Assembly: GCF_964204645.1 (NCBI RefSeq)
Contig: NC_134026.1
Coordinates: 15,472,150-15,536,149, forward strand
From: Tubulanus polymorphus
Lineage: Eukaryota > Animalia > Nemertea
Length of the DNA stretch: 64,000 nucleotides
Direction: 5' to 3'
Positions 62,555 to 64,000 of this stretch are shown here, piece by piece. The stretch's first letter is position 1, and the number at the start of each line of letters is the position of its first letter. The notes under the pieces were generated by a model. The model was not told the DNA's origin, did no database searches, and saw nothing but the letters and a program-made list of their open reading frames with translations. The position numbers and the translations under genes are program-made.

Positions 62555-62945
62555 TGGTAACACTAACAGTGCTATCGGGGTAGCAGTAGTATTACCGGTC
62601 TCCTGAAGGGTCGGGCAATATTGCTGGTAACTGTGGTATCGGAGTATCAGTAGTATCACCGATCTCGCGATGGATCAGGCAGTATCACTGGTATCAGAAT
62701 TATCGGGGTGGCAGTAGTATCACCGGTATCAACCAGTAGCAGGTGGTCCCTGAAGGATCAGGCAGTATCACTGATATCAGAGATATCGGGGTAGTAGTAG
62801 TATCACCGGTCTCGGAAAGGACCAGGCAGTATCACTGGTAACAGTGGTATCGGGGTAACTAGTACGGTATCACAGGTCTCCATAAGATTCGGACAGTATC
62901 GCTGGTAACAGTGGTATCGGTGTATCAGTAGTATCACCAGTCTCT
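62555..62945 (-). repeat. Same ~62-bp minisatellite in inverted orientation
   Basis: GGCAGTATCACTGGTAACAGTGGTATCGGG...GTAGTATCACCGGTCTC is the reverse complement of the upstream unit. Confidence 0.9.
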
Positions 62946-64000
62946 GGGGCATTGGATTTAGTTTCTCCTTCTAAGACCGGAAGAAAATACAACAGCTTAT
63001 TCCATCTAAACACTTGTTTACAATCCATTTCCAACTGAAAAATTGTAATTTATTAAATGAAAACAAATGAACACAAATAGTCTAACGCGAGGAATTTTAG
63101 TTACCTTAAAGAAAACGTGTAAGTACGAAACACACTGTTTTTACAAAAACACACCAATTACATTATCTACAGTTAATATATACCGTACTCACGCAGATAC
63201 TCACACAACAGTACACAGCAGAATACAGTTACCACCAGTTACGTGCTCACTCACCCGAACAAACAATTTACAACATGCAACGTTCCCTATCAAGTAAAGA
63301 TAAAGAACGTAAGGACATCATACGATATATATGCAAACGGCGATATCCAGTAAATTTTGATTTCGAGGCCTTACGTATAATATCCTAGCCTTCAATTAGT
63401 ATTCGTATCGCGCGAAGTAAGGATTGTCGATTTAGGTAAATCTCTTAATCGTATAAGAAATTTTAGCAATCAAGAGATGTTGATTTAGTATGATATTATA
63501 CCGTCCAATCAATGAATCGTTTCATCGTCATGCCTCGCCAATCCTCGAGGTCAAAATTTCATATTAAATACACGTCAAAAATGATTTTTACCCGTCAAAT
63601 GACGTAATTTGATTTCAAATCTGTTATGATTTATTACAATATAACATCATTATATCAAGGCATATACGAACTTAGGCTAACAAGACACTTGCCCTTTTAA
63701 TGTGAACCTGGTGTATCAAACCATCCACTCTAGAACAGTTTATCTTATGCTAGGTTCACACGCACACGATTTTTCGTCGAGGAATTGATCAACTCACAGT
63801 CGAGCACAACTATTTTGAAGTCATGTGTGTGAACGAAAAAGTTGCTCAATTTTCCTCGACAAAACTCTAGTCTCGACAAGTTGAGAGAAATATAACATGA
63901 TCTATTTCTCTCAACTCGAGGAGTCGATAGAAATCTAACCAATCAACATACAGTATGTTCGCGCGCATTTTGATAGTCTTCCTTCTGGTAAGAGAGAGCA

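Overview
AT-rich eukaryotic (probably invertebrate animal) genomic DNA made up almost entirely of nested mobile elements; no intact host gene is recognisable. The main feature is a complete but decayed Polinton/Maverick-type endogenous virus at 3988-33384. It has a perfect 6-bp TSD (TACGAT) and ~400-bp TIRs, and encodes an HNH nuclease, rve integrase, packaging ATPase, probable major and minor capsid proteins, several membrane proteins and a fragmented protein-primed PolB. Three properties stand out: the outer 189 bp of each TIR is itself a near-perfect palindrome; most structural-block genes start at a T-run + TAAATG motif resembling a poxvirus late promoter; and a ~13-kb block of 31-bp satellite and Helentron-type repeats sits between the two convergent gene blocks. 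The right half contains a hAT fragment, a spliced DDE-integrase pseudogene, a CMC/EnSpm-like element, and a Zator-like transposon split by a full-length Gypsy element (with an extra unknown ORF) and by a Penelope-like retroelement with ~800-bp inverted repeats. All family assignments come from motif recognition by eye; no searches were run.
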